Both the position numbers and the translations under genes were made by a program. Below are positions 37,955 to 47,148 of a DNA stretch of 64,000 nt, in pieces. The notes under the pieces are model-generated. The model made no database searches, was not told where the DNA came from, and saw only the letters and a list, made by a program, of their open reading frames with translations. How positions within the stretch are numbered: the first letter of the stretch is position 1; every line of letters begins with the position of its first letter. Source of the stretch: Candidatus Omnitrophota bacterium (GTDB lineage: Bacteria; Omnitrophota; Gorgyraeia; Gygaellales; Profunditerraquicolaceae). The stretch spans positions 46,126-110,125 of the forward strand of contig JAQTQG010000001.1 in the NCBI GenBank assembly GCA_028712375.1, given 5' to 3'.

Positions 37955-39124
37955 ATGAAAAATATTGATGAACAATTAGAAATTATTAAGCGCGGAACCG
38001 TCGGAATAATCTCTGAAGAAGAGCTGCGTAAAAAACTTCAGGCGAGCATCCAAAATAAACGCCCCCTGAAAATTAAAGCAGGTTTTGACCCGACTGCTCC
38101 GGATTTACATTTGGGGCATACGGTGCTTTTGCGCAAACTGCGCCAATTCCAGGATCTTGGGCATGAAGTTTACTTTTTAATCGGGGATTTTACCGGCCAG
38201 ATTGGCGATCCTTCCGGGCGCTCTGAGATTAGAAAACAACTTTCTAAACAGGAAGTAGCCAGGAATGCCCAAACATATAAAAAGCAGGTCGCTAAGATCT
38301 TGAATATGCGCAAACTAAAAATAGCTTTTAATAGCAAATGGTTTGAGAAGATGTCCGGGGTAGAGATGTTGCGGCTTACTACTCTGGTTTCTGTTTCGCA
38401 AATGCTGGCGCGGGAAGATTTTAAGAAGCGCTATACGCAGGGGGAGAATATTTCTATCCTGGAATTTATCTATCCTTTAATGCAGGGGTATGATTCGGTA
38501 ATGCTTGAGGCGGATATTGAGTTGGGCGGGACGGATCAGATCTTTAATTTGCTGGTGGGCCGGGAATTTCAGAAAGATTTTAACCAGCCTCAGCAGGTAG
38601 TTTTAACTATGCCATTGTTAGAAGGTACTGATGGTATACAAAAAATGAGCAAATCCTTCGCAAACTACATTGGGATAGACGAACCGGCCAAAGAAATGTT
38701 CGGGAAGGTTATGTCAATTTCCGATGAATTGATGCTTAAGTATTATGAATTGCTTACGGATGAAGATTTAGCCAATGTAAGAGCCATGCATCCTAAGGAG
38801 GCAAAGGTTAATTTAGCTAAAATTATTATCAGCCAATATCATTCTAAACAAGCAGCGGAAATAGAGGCAGAAGAATTTAGCCGGGTTTTTTCCCAAAAAG
38901 AGATTCCGCAGGATATGCCGGAATTTAAAACTACCGGCCAAAAATCTATATTGATGGTCCTTACCGAAAGCAAATTAGCCGCCAGCGGTAATGAAGCCCG
39001 TCGGCTGATTAAGCAAGGTGCAGTTAGTTTTAATGGCATAAAAGTCGAGAAAGATGATTTTGTCCCGCAGGAAACGGGTATTCTGAAAGCCGGTTCCCGG
39101 CGTTTTCTTAAAATTATTATATAG
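37955..39124 (+). CDS. tyrS: tyrosine--tRNA ligase
   Basis: HLGH motif (PDLHLGH), KMSKS, C-terminal S4-like domain; 389 aa. Confidence 0.9.
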   Translation: MKNIDEQLEIIKRGTVGIISEEELRKKLQASIQNKRPLKIKAGFDPTAPDLHLGHTVLLRKLRQFQDLGHEVYFLIGDFTGQIGDPSGRSEIRKQLSKQEVARNAQTYKKQVAKILNMRKLKIAFNSKWFEKMSGVEMLRLTTLVSVSQMLAREDFKKRYTQGENISILEFIYPLMQGYDSVMLEADIELGGTDQIFNLLVGREFQKDFNQPQQVVLTMPLLEGTDGIQKMSKSFANYIGIDEPAKEMFGKVMSISDELMLKYYELLTDEDLANVRAMHPKEAKVNLAKIIISQYHSKQAAEIEAEEFSRVFSQKEIPQDMPEFKTTGQKSILMVLTESKLAASGNEARRLIKQGAVSFNGIKVEKDDFVPQETGILKAGSRRFLKIII

Positions 39125-39145
39125 CCAGCTTGCCGGTTTAGTATT

Positions 39146-39186
39146 AAAAAAGGATACTTTCTTTTAAGGAGGTATCCTTTTTTATT
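39146..39186. terminator. rho-independent terminator flanked by A and T tracts, possibly bidirectional
   Basis: aaaaaaggatac...gtatcctttttt. Confidence 0.65.
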
Positions 39187-39237
39187 CTGGTAAAAACACC
39201 TTTATTAAACAGTTATTTAGGGATATAATTATAAATT

Positions 39238-39513
39238 ATGATTTGGTCAATTATCGGCATAGCTGCAGCTACTCTCACCATGTTTTCTTTTATTCCGCAA
39301 ATAGCCAGATCCTTAAGGACAAAATCTGTCAGGGATGTCAGCCCGGTTATGTTATTTCAGTTTTTCTGCGGAGTTATGCTTTGGTTGGTTTATGGAATTG
39401 CCCGGCGTGACCCGATAATAATAATGGCAAACGCAGTTACTTTAATAACTCTCTCAGTATTAATATTCCTATATTTTAAGTACGGTTGCCCGCAAAGCCA
39501 CCAGGGAGATTAA
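39238..39513 (+). CDS. SemiSWEET-like PQ-loop sugar transporter (3-TM unit)
   Basis: 91 aa; FIPQI PQ-loop motif in TM1; overall pattern resembles bacterial SemiSWEETs (…SFLPQ…R…K…D/S…W..YG…); immediately upstream of rmlA. Confidence 0.55.
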   Translation: MIWSIIGIAAATLTMFSFIPQIARSLRTKSVRDVSPVMLFQFFCGVMLWLVYGIARRDPIIIMANAVTLITLSVLIFLYFKYGCPQSHQGD

Positions 39514-39517
39514 TTAA

Positions 39518-40384
39518 ATGAAAGGGATTGTCCTAGCAGGAGGCAAGGCCACCAGGCTTTATCCAATCACTAAGGCTGTCTGCAAGCAGATGTTGCCGAT
39601 CTATGACAAGCCGTTGATTTATTATTCTCTCTCCGTATTGATGCTTGCCGGGATTAAAGATATCCTGATAATTTCCACTCCTAAAGATTTGCCGAGGTTT
39701 AAGGAGTTGTTGGGGGATGGCGCTAATCTGGGAGTAAAATTTTCTTACGCTTGTCAGCCTGAGCCGGAAGGCATTGCGCAGAGTTTTATTATCGCCGAGG
39801 ATTTTATAGGCAAAGATAGTGTTTGCCTGATTCTAGGCGATAATATATTTTATGGTTATAATTTAAGCGGGTTATTGCAGGATGCAGCAAAACTAAAAAG
39901 CGGGGCAGTTGTTTTTGGCTGTACCGTCAGGGATCCTGAGCGTTATGGCGTATTTGATTTTGATAAAAGCGGAAAAGTAATTTCAATTACTGAGAAGCCC
40001 GGGAAGGCAAAAACCAACTGGGTAGTTTCCGGGCTTTACTTTTACGATAATCAGGTTATTAAGATCGCCAAAAAAGTTAAACCATCATCCCGCGGGGAAC
40101 TGGAGATCACCAGCGTGAATAATGAATATATTAAGAAAAATAAGTTAAAAGTGCAATTCTTAGGGCGGGGCTATGCCTGGCTGGATACGGGAACCTATGA
40201 ATCATTAATTGAGGCCTCGGCATTTATTAAAACTATCGAAGAAAGGCAATGTTCAAAAATAGGTTGTATTGAAGAGGTTGCTTACCGGATGAAGTATATC
40301 AATAAGGCGCAGCTTGCCAAGCTGGCCGAAGAGATTAATACCGGTTATGGAGACTATTTAAAAGGGCTGGTTAATGATAGATAA
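39518..40384 (+). CDS. rfbA: glucose-1-phosphate thymidylyltransferase
   Basis: MKGIVLAGGKATRLYPIT...MLPIYDKP. Confidence 0.9.
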   Translation: MKGIVLAGGKATRLYPITKAVCKQMLPIYDKPLIYYSLSVLMLAGIKDILIISTPKDLPRFKELLGDGANLGVKFSYACQPEPEGIAQSFIIAEDFIGKDSVCLILGDNIFYGYNLSGLLQDAAKLKSGAVVFGCTVRDPERYGVFDFDKSGKVISITEKPGKAKTNWVVSGLYFYDNQVIKIAKKVKPSSRGELEITSVNNEYIKKNKLKVQFLGRGYAWLDTGTYESLIEASAFIKTIEERQCSKIGCIEEVAYRMKYINKAQLAKLAEEINTGYGDYLKGLVNDR

Positions 40385-41198
40385 GAACGTTTTAGTTTTA
40401 GGTAAAGGTTTTATCGGCCAAAGGCTGCAAGAGGGCTTGAATTGCGCAATAACTGAAGTATTCATAAAAACTTACCAGGATGCCGACAGATTAATTAAGC
40501 GCTATCGGCCTAAAGTAATTATTAATTGTATCAGCGTAACCGGTAGAAGAAATGTTGATGATTGTGAACAGGAAAAAGACGCGGTTCTTTCAGCTAACAG
40601 CTTTGTCCCGGTAATTTTAGCAGAAGTATGCCTGCGCAATAAAATCAAACTTGTGCATATAAGCAGCGGATGTATCTTTAATTATGATTATAAAAAAGAC
40701 AGGCCGGTTGATGAAAACAGCCGGAATTATTTTTTTAAATTGTTTTATAGCCGCAGTAAAATTTATGCCGACAGGGCTTTAGAGGTTTTAGCCCGCGATT
40801 ATGATATTCTCATTGCCCGGATCAGGATCCCGCTACTTAATGCCCGGCACCCTAAAAATATATTAGATAAGTTAATTAAGTACAAAAAAGTTATTGATTT
40901 GCCGAATTCGGTAACTTATATTCCCGATTTTGTCCGGGCAATCAAGCATTTGATAAAAATTAATGCATGCGGTATTTATAATATTGTGAATAAGGGGGCC
41001 TTGCGTTACCCGGCGCTTATGGATATGTACCATAGGTACAAACCGTCTTTTAAGTATACTGTGATTGATCCTGGCAGCCTGGGCTTAGTCCGGACGAACT
41101 TATTGATGTCTACGGCTAAATTAGAGAAGTCCGGATTTAAGGTTAGGAACATCAATACAGTTTTAGAGGAATGCCTAAAAGAATACCTAAAATCCTAA
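40374..41198 (+). CDS. RmlD-like NAD(P)-dependent dTDP-sugar 4-ketoreductase
   Basis: GKGFIG Rossmann motif, YSRSK (YxxxK); 274 aa RmlD_sub_bind-like; no rmlC in the window. Confidence 0.55.
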   Translation: MIDKNVLVLGKGFIGQRLQEGLNCAITEVFIKTYQDADRLIKRYRPKVIINCISVTGRRNVDDCEQEKDAVLSANSFVPVILAEVCLRNKIKLVHISSGCIFNYDYKKDRPVDENSRNYFFKLFYSRSKIYADRALEVLARDYDILIARIRIPLLNARHPKNILDKLIKYKKVIDLPNSVTYIPDFVRAIKHLIKINACGIYNIVNKGALRYPALMDMYHRYKPSFKYTVIDPGSLGLVRTNLLMSTAKLEKSGFKVRNINTVLEECLKEYLKS

Positions 41199-42178
41199 TT
41201 ACCGGCGGCGCCGGTTTCATGGGCAGCGCTTTTGTGAAGTTGTTAATTAAGGGGAGCTTTTCTGTTCAAGGGGAGCTTCCCTTTGTTGTTGTGGATAGAT
41301 TAACTTATGCCGGAGATCTTAAGCGTTTGGAAAGCGTGCGGAGAAAGTTTAAATTCTATAAGGTCGATATTTGCAATAAGAGACAAATCGATTCGGTATT
41401 TAAAAAAGAGAAGCCGGAGATTGTGGTGCATTTTGCCGCTGAATCGCATGTTGACCGCAGTATTAATGATGCCCAGGTGTTTATTAAGACTAATGTTAAA
41501 GGGACGCAAATTTTGATTGATGCCTGCCGTAGATATGGAGTAAAGAAATTTGTTTATATTTCTACGGATGAGGTTTATGGGAAGCTTGTCCATGGTAAGT
41601 TCAAGGAAAACGCTTGTTTTAAACCGAATAATCCTTATGCGGTTTCCAAGGCGACGGCAGATCTTTTGGTGCAAGCATATGTTAAGGCCTATAAGTTTCC
41701 GGCGATAATCATCAGGCCGTCGAATAATTATGGCCCTTGGCAATACCCGGAGAAATTTATTTCTTTGGGGATTTTGAGAGTATTGGAGGGCGGGAAAATC
41801 CCATTGTACGGGGACGGAAAAAATATACGCCAATGGCTTTATGTTGATGATTGCATGCGCGGTATTGCCGCCATTATGCGTAAAGGCAGGGTTGGAGAAG
41901 TTTATAATTTAGGGGGGATTGGTGAAAGCAGGAATATCGATACAGCTAAGCTATTACTAAAAGTTCTTGGTGTAAGCCCGGAGCAAATTGAGTTTGTGCA
42001 GGATCGTTTAGGCCATGACATAAGATACAGCCTTGATTCATCAAAAGTTTATCGGGAGCTTGGTTGGAAGGCGCAAGTCGGGTTTATACAGGGGCTTAAG
42101 CTTACGGTAGATTGGGCGTTGCAGCATCAAAGATGGCTTAAGAGCAAGCTGCCGGATATTAACAAGCTATATAAATAG
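41171..42178 (+). CDS. rfbB: dTDP-glucose 4,6-dehydratase
   Basis: ILITGGAGFMGS, catalytic YAVSKATAD, 335 aa. Confidence 0.9.
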   Translation: MPKRIPKILITGGAGFMGSAFVKLLIKGSFSVQGELPFVVVDRLTYAGDLKRLESVRRKFKFYKVDICNKRQIDSVFKKEKPEIVVHFAAESHVDRSINDAQVFIKTNVKGTQILIDACRRYGVKKFVYISTDEVYGKLVHGKFKENACFKPNNPYAVSKATADLLVQAYVKAYKFPAIIIRPSNNYGPWQYPEKFISLGILRVLEGGKIPLYGDGKNIRQWLYVDDCMRGIAAIMRKGRVGEVYNLGGIGESRNIDTAKLLLKVLGVSPEQIEFVQDRLGHDIRYSLDSSKVYRELGWKAQVGFIQGLKLTVDWALQHQRWLKSKLPDINKLYK

Positions 42179-42244
42179 CCGCTTACCTAATTTCTGATAT
42201 CCTATTATATTATTTCATAATTACCTGCATGGAGCGCTTGGGTA

Positions 42245-42991
42245 ATGGTTAAACTAAAAGATACTGTGCGTAAACGTTTTATTGCTGTGGAGAGTAACTC
42301 TCTGGTTATTGAAACTATCCAGACTGAATCATTAAGCCATCGGGAGCGCTTGCGTATACTTAAACTTAAGGGCACCTGGCGGGCTAATGATTATAATGAG
42401 CTTTGTTTTGAAGCCGCTGCGCATAAAGGCCCACCTAAAACCTATACTTTTAAAGGAAACTGGAAGCTGAATAAGAACCAGCAAATTGAATACACATCTG
42501 ATGATGGGTTGGATACGTTAGTTTTTAATGGTTATTGGCAGATGCCTTCAGCTAAGCGTTTGGTTTATTTCTTGGAAGGAAGTTCGACCTCGCGCTTTGA
42601 ATTTAAGGCGCAGCTTGAATCGCCGACACTTTTTCCTAAAGAAGGCCAGATTCGTTACCGCCTGGGGATTGGTATTCGAAAAAGCCGCTTAACCGGGCCG
42701 GCTCCCATAGTTATTCTTTATGGTGAATGGAAGTTCGGGCGTAATTTGGAGCTGAATTTCCGGATGGATTATGGCCAGGACAGGGTTAAGGTTTTAGATT
42801 TCGGCGCAACAGTTACTTTTGGCCGCAATCAGGTAATTTTTGCGCTTAGAAATCAACTAAACCAGCCTTTGGGGATTACGATTACTATGACGCATAAATT
42901 TTTGAAAACTCTTGATGCGCAAGCTTTTATGAGATTAAGTTCCCGCCGGAATCAACAAGGCGTTGAGGGTGGAATTACTGTCCCCTTTTAA
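42245..42991 (+). CDS. hypothetical beta-rich protein, no signal peptide, C-terminal ...ITVPF
   Basis: 248-aa ORF with overlapping genes either side; no recognisable motifs. Confidence 0.3.
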   Translation: MVKLKDTVRKRFIAVESNSLVIETIQTESLSHRERLRILKLKGTWRANDYNELCFEAAAHKGPPKTYTFKGNWKLNKNQQIEYTSDDGLDTLVFNGYWQMPSAKRLVYFLEGSSTSRFEFKAQLESPTLFPKEGQIRYRLGIGIRKSRLTGPAPIVILYGEWKFGRNLELNFRMDYGQDRVKVLDFGATVTFGRNQVIFALRNQLNQPLGITITMTHKFLKTLDAQAFMRLSSRRNQQGVEGGITVPF

Positions 42992-43095
42992 TCAAAATCC
43001 CTTTTGTTTTTACCTCCTTTAATGCTATAATATTAATCTGTATTGTCTACGGTCAACAAGCAAATGTTCCTTTAGAAACCTAAGAAATAGGAGGG

Positions 43096-43926
43096 ATGAT
43101 GGATAGTCATCTGCATGTTCAGGAAGATGGGGTTGATCTAAAGAAATATATCAGTATTTTGGTTAAAAGAAAAAAACTTATACTGGGCATTTTCCTTATT
43201 ACGATAGCTATTTCCGCCGTAGCCAGCTTTTTTATCCCTAAGGTTTATGAAATTACCTCTACAATCCAATTGGGGAACATAAACGGGCCTTTGATTAGTA
43301 AAGAAGAGTCAAAAGAGATAATTCTAAATCAAAACGCAATCTCGGATCTAATTAATAAATTAAATCTTAAGCTAGGAGTTGAGGGGCTTAAAAGAAGTAT
43401 TAATATCAGCAGTATAAATGGTACTAATTTATTAACGGTAAAAATAATCTATTCTGATCTGGCCGAAGCTTTTAAGATACATGATGTGCTTTTAGACCCG
43501 CTTATCGCGCAGGGTAAAAAAATCTATCAAGAGCGGATATTTCTTGTTAATGAAAGGCTGAAGGAATTAGATGCGGAAATAAGCAACTCCGAGCAAGATA
43601 TTAGCCGGACTCAGGCTTTAATTGCCGGGCTCCCTAATGCCAGTAATATTTCTCAATCCGATGTTTCCTTAAGAATAATCCTGCTGCAAAATACCCTGCC
43701 TAATTATGAAAATAATCTTACTTCTCTTAGAGACCAAAGAAATAACCTGAAATATTTATTAAGCAACGCCAGGGATTTTATGGTTTTTGATAAGCCCATT
43801 AAACCTGAAAATGCTATGGGGCCCGATAAAAAGCAGAAAATTATTACTGCCGGCGTGTTGAGCCTGGTATTTGGTATATTACTAGCTTTTTTCCTGGAAT
43901 ATTGGCAAAAAGATAAACAAAAATGA
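43096..43926 (+). CDS. Wzz/GumC-like polysaccharide chain-length determinant (PCP family)
   Basis: N-terminal TM helix after KKYISILVKRKKLILGIFLI, a long coiled-coil periplasmic region, a C-terminal TM helix; extended -10 tgcTATAAT upstream. Confidence 0.55.
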   Translation: MMDSHLHVQEDGVDLKKYISILVKRKKLILGIFLITIAISAVASFFIPKVYEITSTIQLGNINGPLISKEESKEIILNQNAISDLINKLNLKLGVEGLKRSINISSINGTNLLTVKIIYSDLAEAFKIHDVLLDPLIAQGKKIYQERIFLVNERLKELDAEISNSEQDISRTQALIAGLPNASNISQSDVSLRIILLQNTLPNYENNLTSLRDQRNNLKYLLSNARDFMVFDKPIKPENAMGPDKKQKIITAGVLSLVFGILLAFFLEYWQKDKQK

Positions 43927-44609
43927 AAAATTCCTGTTTAGCAATAATTCCGGCCCGCGGCGGTTCGAAGGGGCTGAAAAATAAGAATATAAAGAACTTA
44001 AATGGCAAGCCGTTAATTTATTACTCGATAAAGGAAGCGCAAAAAGCAAAGTGCATAAGCAAAATTATTGTTTCTACTGATTCCGAGAAGGTAAAACGAA
44101 TTGCTTTAAAATTCGGAGCGGAAGTGCCTTTCTTACGCCCGAAGAATCTATCTTCGGATAGAACTCCGATGTATCCGGTAAATAAACACGCCCTTGAATT
44201 ATTAGAAAAAAGGGGAGAAAGATTTAATATTGTGATAGTTTTGCAGCCGACATCCCCCCTAAGAAAAGCAGCGGATATCCAAAAGGCTGTCGCCAAGCTT
44301 AATAAAACAAAAGCGGATTCTGTGGTGAGCGTTTGTTTAGCTGAACACTCCCCATATTGGATGCGCGTAATAAAAAAGGGGAAAGTTTATCCTTTTGTTA
44401 AATCGCGCCAGTATTTACGCAGGCAGGATTTGCCAAAAGTGTACAGGCTGAACGGGGCTGTTTATGTAACCAGGGCAGAGGTATTGTTTAAACAGGGGGT
44501 GATTTTAGGAAAGAATACGCTGCCATTAGTTATGCCCCAGGATTCTTCTGTGGACATTGATACAGGATTGGATTTTAAGTTAGCGGAATTAATTTTGAAA
44601 AATAAATGA
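43923..44609 (+). CDS. CMP-nonulosonic acid synthetase (acylneuraminate cytidylyltransferase family, NeuA/PseF/LegF-like)
   Basis: AIIPARGGSKGLKNKNIKNLNGKPLIYYSI is the canonical CMP-NeuAc synthetase N-terminus. Confidence 0.85.
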   Translation: MKNSCLAIIPARGGSKGLKNKNIKNLNGKPLIYYSIKEAQKAKCISKIIVSTDSEKVKRIALKFGAEVPFLRPKNLSSDRTPMYPVNKHALELLEKRGERFNIVIVLQPTSPLRKAADIQKAVAKLNKTKADSVVSVCLAEHSPYWMRVIKKGKVYPFVKSRQYLRRQDLPKVYRLNGAVYVTRAEVLFKQGVILGKNTLPLVMPQDSSVDIDTGLDFKLAELILKNK

Positions 44610-45655
44610 ATAAAATACAGATAGGAACAAGGTGGGTAGGTAATGATCTGCCAGTATTTGTTATCGCTGAAGCCGGGGTAAACCATAACGGAGATATCAA
44701 ATTAGCAGAAAAACTTATCCGGGAAAGCAAGAAATGCGGGGCAGATTGTGTTAAATTCCAGTCTTTTAAAGCTGACCGGGTTGTTTCTTTAGATGCTCCG
44801 AAAGCGCAATATCAGCTGCAGACGACAGATCCAAGGGAAACTCAATATGAGATGTTGCGTAAATTAGAGTTAAAAGAAAATGATTATTCGAAGCTTATTT
44901 CAGTTTGCCGCGATGAAAATGTATTATTTCTTTCTACCCCTTATAATTCTGAGGATGTTGATTTTCTTTACGCTTTAGATGTTCCTGCTTATAAAATAGC
45001 ATCCGGCCAGTTAATTGAACTGCCTTTTTTAGAATATGTTGCTAAAAAAGGAAAACCGGTTATTATTTCAACTGGTATGGGGACATTGGATGAGGTGAAG
45101 ACTGCAGTAGAGACTATTCGCAATACGGGGAATAACCAAATAGTTATTTTGCAGTGCACTACGCATTATCCCTCTTGTATTGAAGATGCCAACCTCAGGG
45201 CTATGTCCACGATGAGAGAAGCATGCCGCGCTTTAGTTGGCTATTCGGATCATACATCCGGAGATTTATCTGCTATTGCAGCAGTTGCTTTGGGAGCTTG
45301 TATAATAGAAAAACATTTTACATTAGATAAGGATCTCGAAGGGCCTGATCAATCGTGTTCTGCTAATCCTGAAGAATTCATGCGATTGGTTAAAAATATT
45401 CGTTTTGTAGAGCAGTCCTTGGGGTCAAGCCAGAAATATCCTACAAAGCTAGAAAGTGTAAATGCCAGAATGATGCGAAGAAGTATCTTTGCTAAACAGG
45501 CTATTCCGGCGGGGGCTATTTTATCTTTGGAGAATATTTCGTTTAAGAGGCCGGCAATAGGGATTTTAGGGACTCAGAGTGGTTGCGTATTTGGAAAACG
45601 AGCTAAACATAACATATCAGAAAACACGCTTATAACTATGGATTTAATTGAATGA
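44606..45655 (+). CDS. nonulosonic acid synthase (NeuB/PseI/LegI family)
   Basis: VFVIAEAGVNHNGDIKLAEKLI...; 349 aa with a C-terminal SAF-like domain. Confidence 0.85.
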   Translation: MNKIQIGTRWVGNDLPVFVIAEAGVNHNGDIKLAEKLIRESKKCGADCVKFQSFKADRVVSLDAPKAQYQLQTTDPRETQYEMLRKLELKENDYSKLISVCRDENVLFLSTPYNSEDVDFLYALDVPAYKIASGQLIELPFLEYVAKKGKPVIISTGMGTLDEVKTAVETIRNTGNNQIVILQCTTHYPSCIEDANLRAMSTMREACRALVGYSDHTSGDLSAIAAVALGACIIEKHFTLDKDLEGPDQSCSANPEEFMRLVKNIRFVEQSLGSSQKYPTKLESVNARMMRRSIFAKQAIPAGAILSLENISFKRPAIGILGTQSGCVFGKRAKHNISENTLITMDLIE

Positions 45656-46260
45656 AAAAAGCTGCGATATTTGGTGCGGGAGGGCACGCCAGGGTAGTTG
45701 CTGCTGCTTTAAAAGCGAATGGAATTCCGATATTTGGCTTTTTTGATGATAATTTTTCTGCGGAGGAGAAAATTCAGGGGGCGCCAGTTTTAGGTAAGTT
45801 TAACGATATCCTTTCTTTTAAAAAAGATATCGCTGACGTTTATTTAGGAATTGGTGATAACTTGAGAAGGCGTTGTTCATATGTTTTTTTGGAAGAGAAC
45901 AGATTTAGTATGCCTCGCCTAGTGCATCCAAAAGCTTACGTTGAAGATAATGCTAGTATTAAAGATGGAACAATCATTTGTATTGGAGCTGCAGTCTGTG
46001 CAGAAGTAAAAATAGGGCAAGGTGTAGTTATTAATACTGGTAGTTCTGTAGACCATGAGTCTTCTCTGGCTGATTTTGTTCATCTGGCTCCTGGAGCAGT
46101 TATTGCCGGAAGAGTGAGTGTTGGCTCTAATTCTTTTGTGGGAATTAATGTTTCGGTTAAAGATAAAGTGAAAATAGGCAGCAACGTTATTATTGGGGCA
46201 GGAGCAATTGTTCTTAAGGATGTTCCCGATAATACAACGGTCGTTGGAATATGGAAATAG
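45652..46260 (+). CDS. hexapeptide-repeat sugar N-acetyltransferase (NeuD/PglD family)
   Basis: AAIFGAGGHARVV N-terminal Rossmann-like motif and a left-handed beta-helix repeat region. Confidence 0.75.
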   Translation: MKKAAIFGAGGHARVVAAALKANGIPIFGFFDDNFSAEEKIQGAPVLGKFNDILSFKKDIADVYLGIGDNLRRRCSYVFLEENRFSMPRLVHPKAYVEDNASIKDGTIICIGAAVCAEVKIGQGVVINTGSSVDHESSLADFVHLAPGAVIAGRVSVGSNSFVGINVSVKDKVKIGSNVIIGAGAIVLKDVPDNTTVVGIWK

Positions 46261-47129
46261 ATAAAAGCAAGGTTTTCGTTTCGACTAGGGCATTTTGCAA
46301 TAATAACCTGGCAGGCGTTTTAGAATTGTGTCAAAAACAGGGTATTAGCAATCTTGAATTGGGGTCTAATTTAAGATTCGTAAATAAAAATATTTCGGAT
46401 TTGATGTATTTCAAGAATTGCTTTAAAGGCAAATTATTAATTCATAATTATTTTCCGTCTCCCCAAAAGGCATTTGTAATCAATTTGGCTTCTAGCGATA
46501 AAGGTATCTTAAAAAAAAGTAAACAGCATTGTCTAAGAGCGATAAAATTGTGTGCCAAGTTGAAAGTTCCTTTTTACAGCGTGCACTCCGGATTTTGTTT
46601 TGAAGCTGCTCCCAATAATCTTGGTAAAAAGTTAACAAGATTGCCGCGTATTTCTTTGGCAGAAGCGGAAGATATATTTGTTAATAGCCTGAGGGAATTA
46701 TCGCATTTGTCCGCATCATACGGGGTGGAAATTTTAATCGAAAATAATGTAGTGACTTTAGGCAATACTATTAATTCTAAAAATCTTCTTATGTTGGGAG
46801 TGAGCTCTGAGGATTTGCTGCGTATTTTAAAAAAAGCAGGTGCGGATAATATCTCTATCCTGCTTGATATTGCGCATCTTAAGGTATCTGCTAACAGCCT
46901 GGGATTTTCTCCCGTATCTTTTATAAAAGATATTAAGCGGCATGTCCGGGCGTTGCACCTTAGTGATAATGATGGAAAAAATGATCAACACCTTAGTTTT
47001 TCGGATAAATCCTGGTTTGTTCCTTTTTTAGGTAATTTTAAAGGTAAGTACTTGATTATTGAATGTGATAATTTACAGATAAAAGATATATTCAAATGCC
47101 GTGATGTTATTTGCGGCGCGCTACAATAA
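46251..47129 (+). CDS. sugar-phosphate isomerase/epimerase (xylose-isomerase-like TIM barrel)
   Basis: 292 aa with AP-endonuclease-2/TIM-barrel-like composition; weak assignment. Confidence 0.45.
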   Translation: MEIDKSKVFVSTRAFCNNNLAGVLELCQKQGISNLELGSNLRFVNKNISDLMYFKNCFKGKLLIHNYFPSPQKAFVINLASSDKGILKKSKQHCLRAIKLCAKLKVPFYSVHSGFCFEAAPNNLGKKLTRLPRISLAEAEDIFVNSLRELSHLSASYGVEILIENNVVTLGNTINSKNLLMLGVSSEDLLRILKKAGADNISILLDIAHLKVSANSLGFSPVSFIKDIKRHVRALHLSDNDGKNDQHLSFSDKSWFVPFLGNFKGKYLIIECDNLQIKDIFKCRDVICGALQ

Positions 47130-47148
47130 AATTAAACTTAGGGCTAAA

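Noticed and set aside
41300-41833. 177-aa minus-strand ORF
   Set aside because: Fully embedded in rfbB (dTDP-glucose 4,6-dehydratase), which has clear catalytic motifs; shadow ORF.
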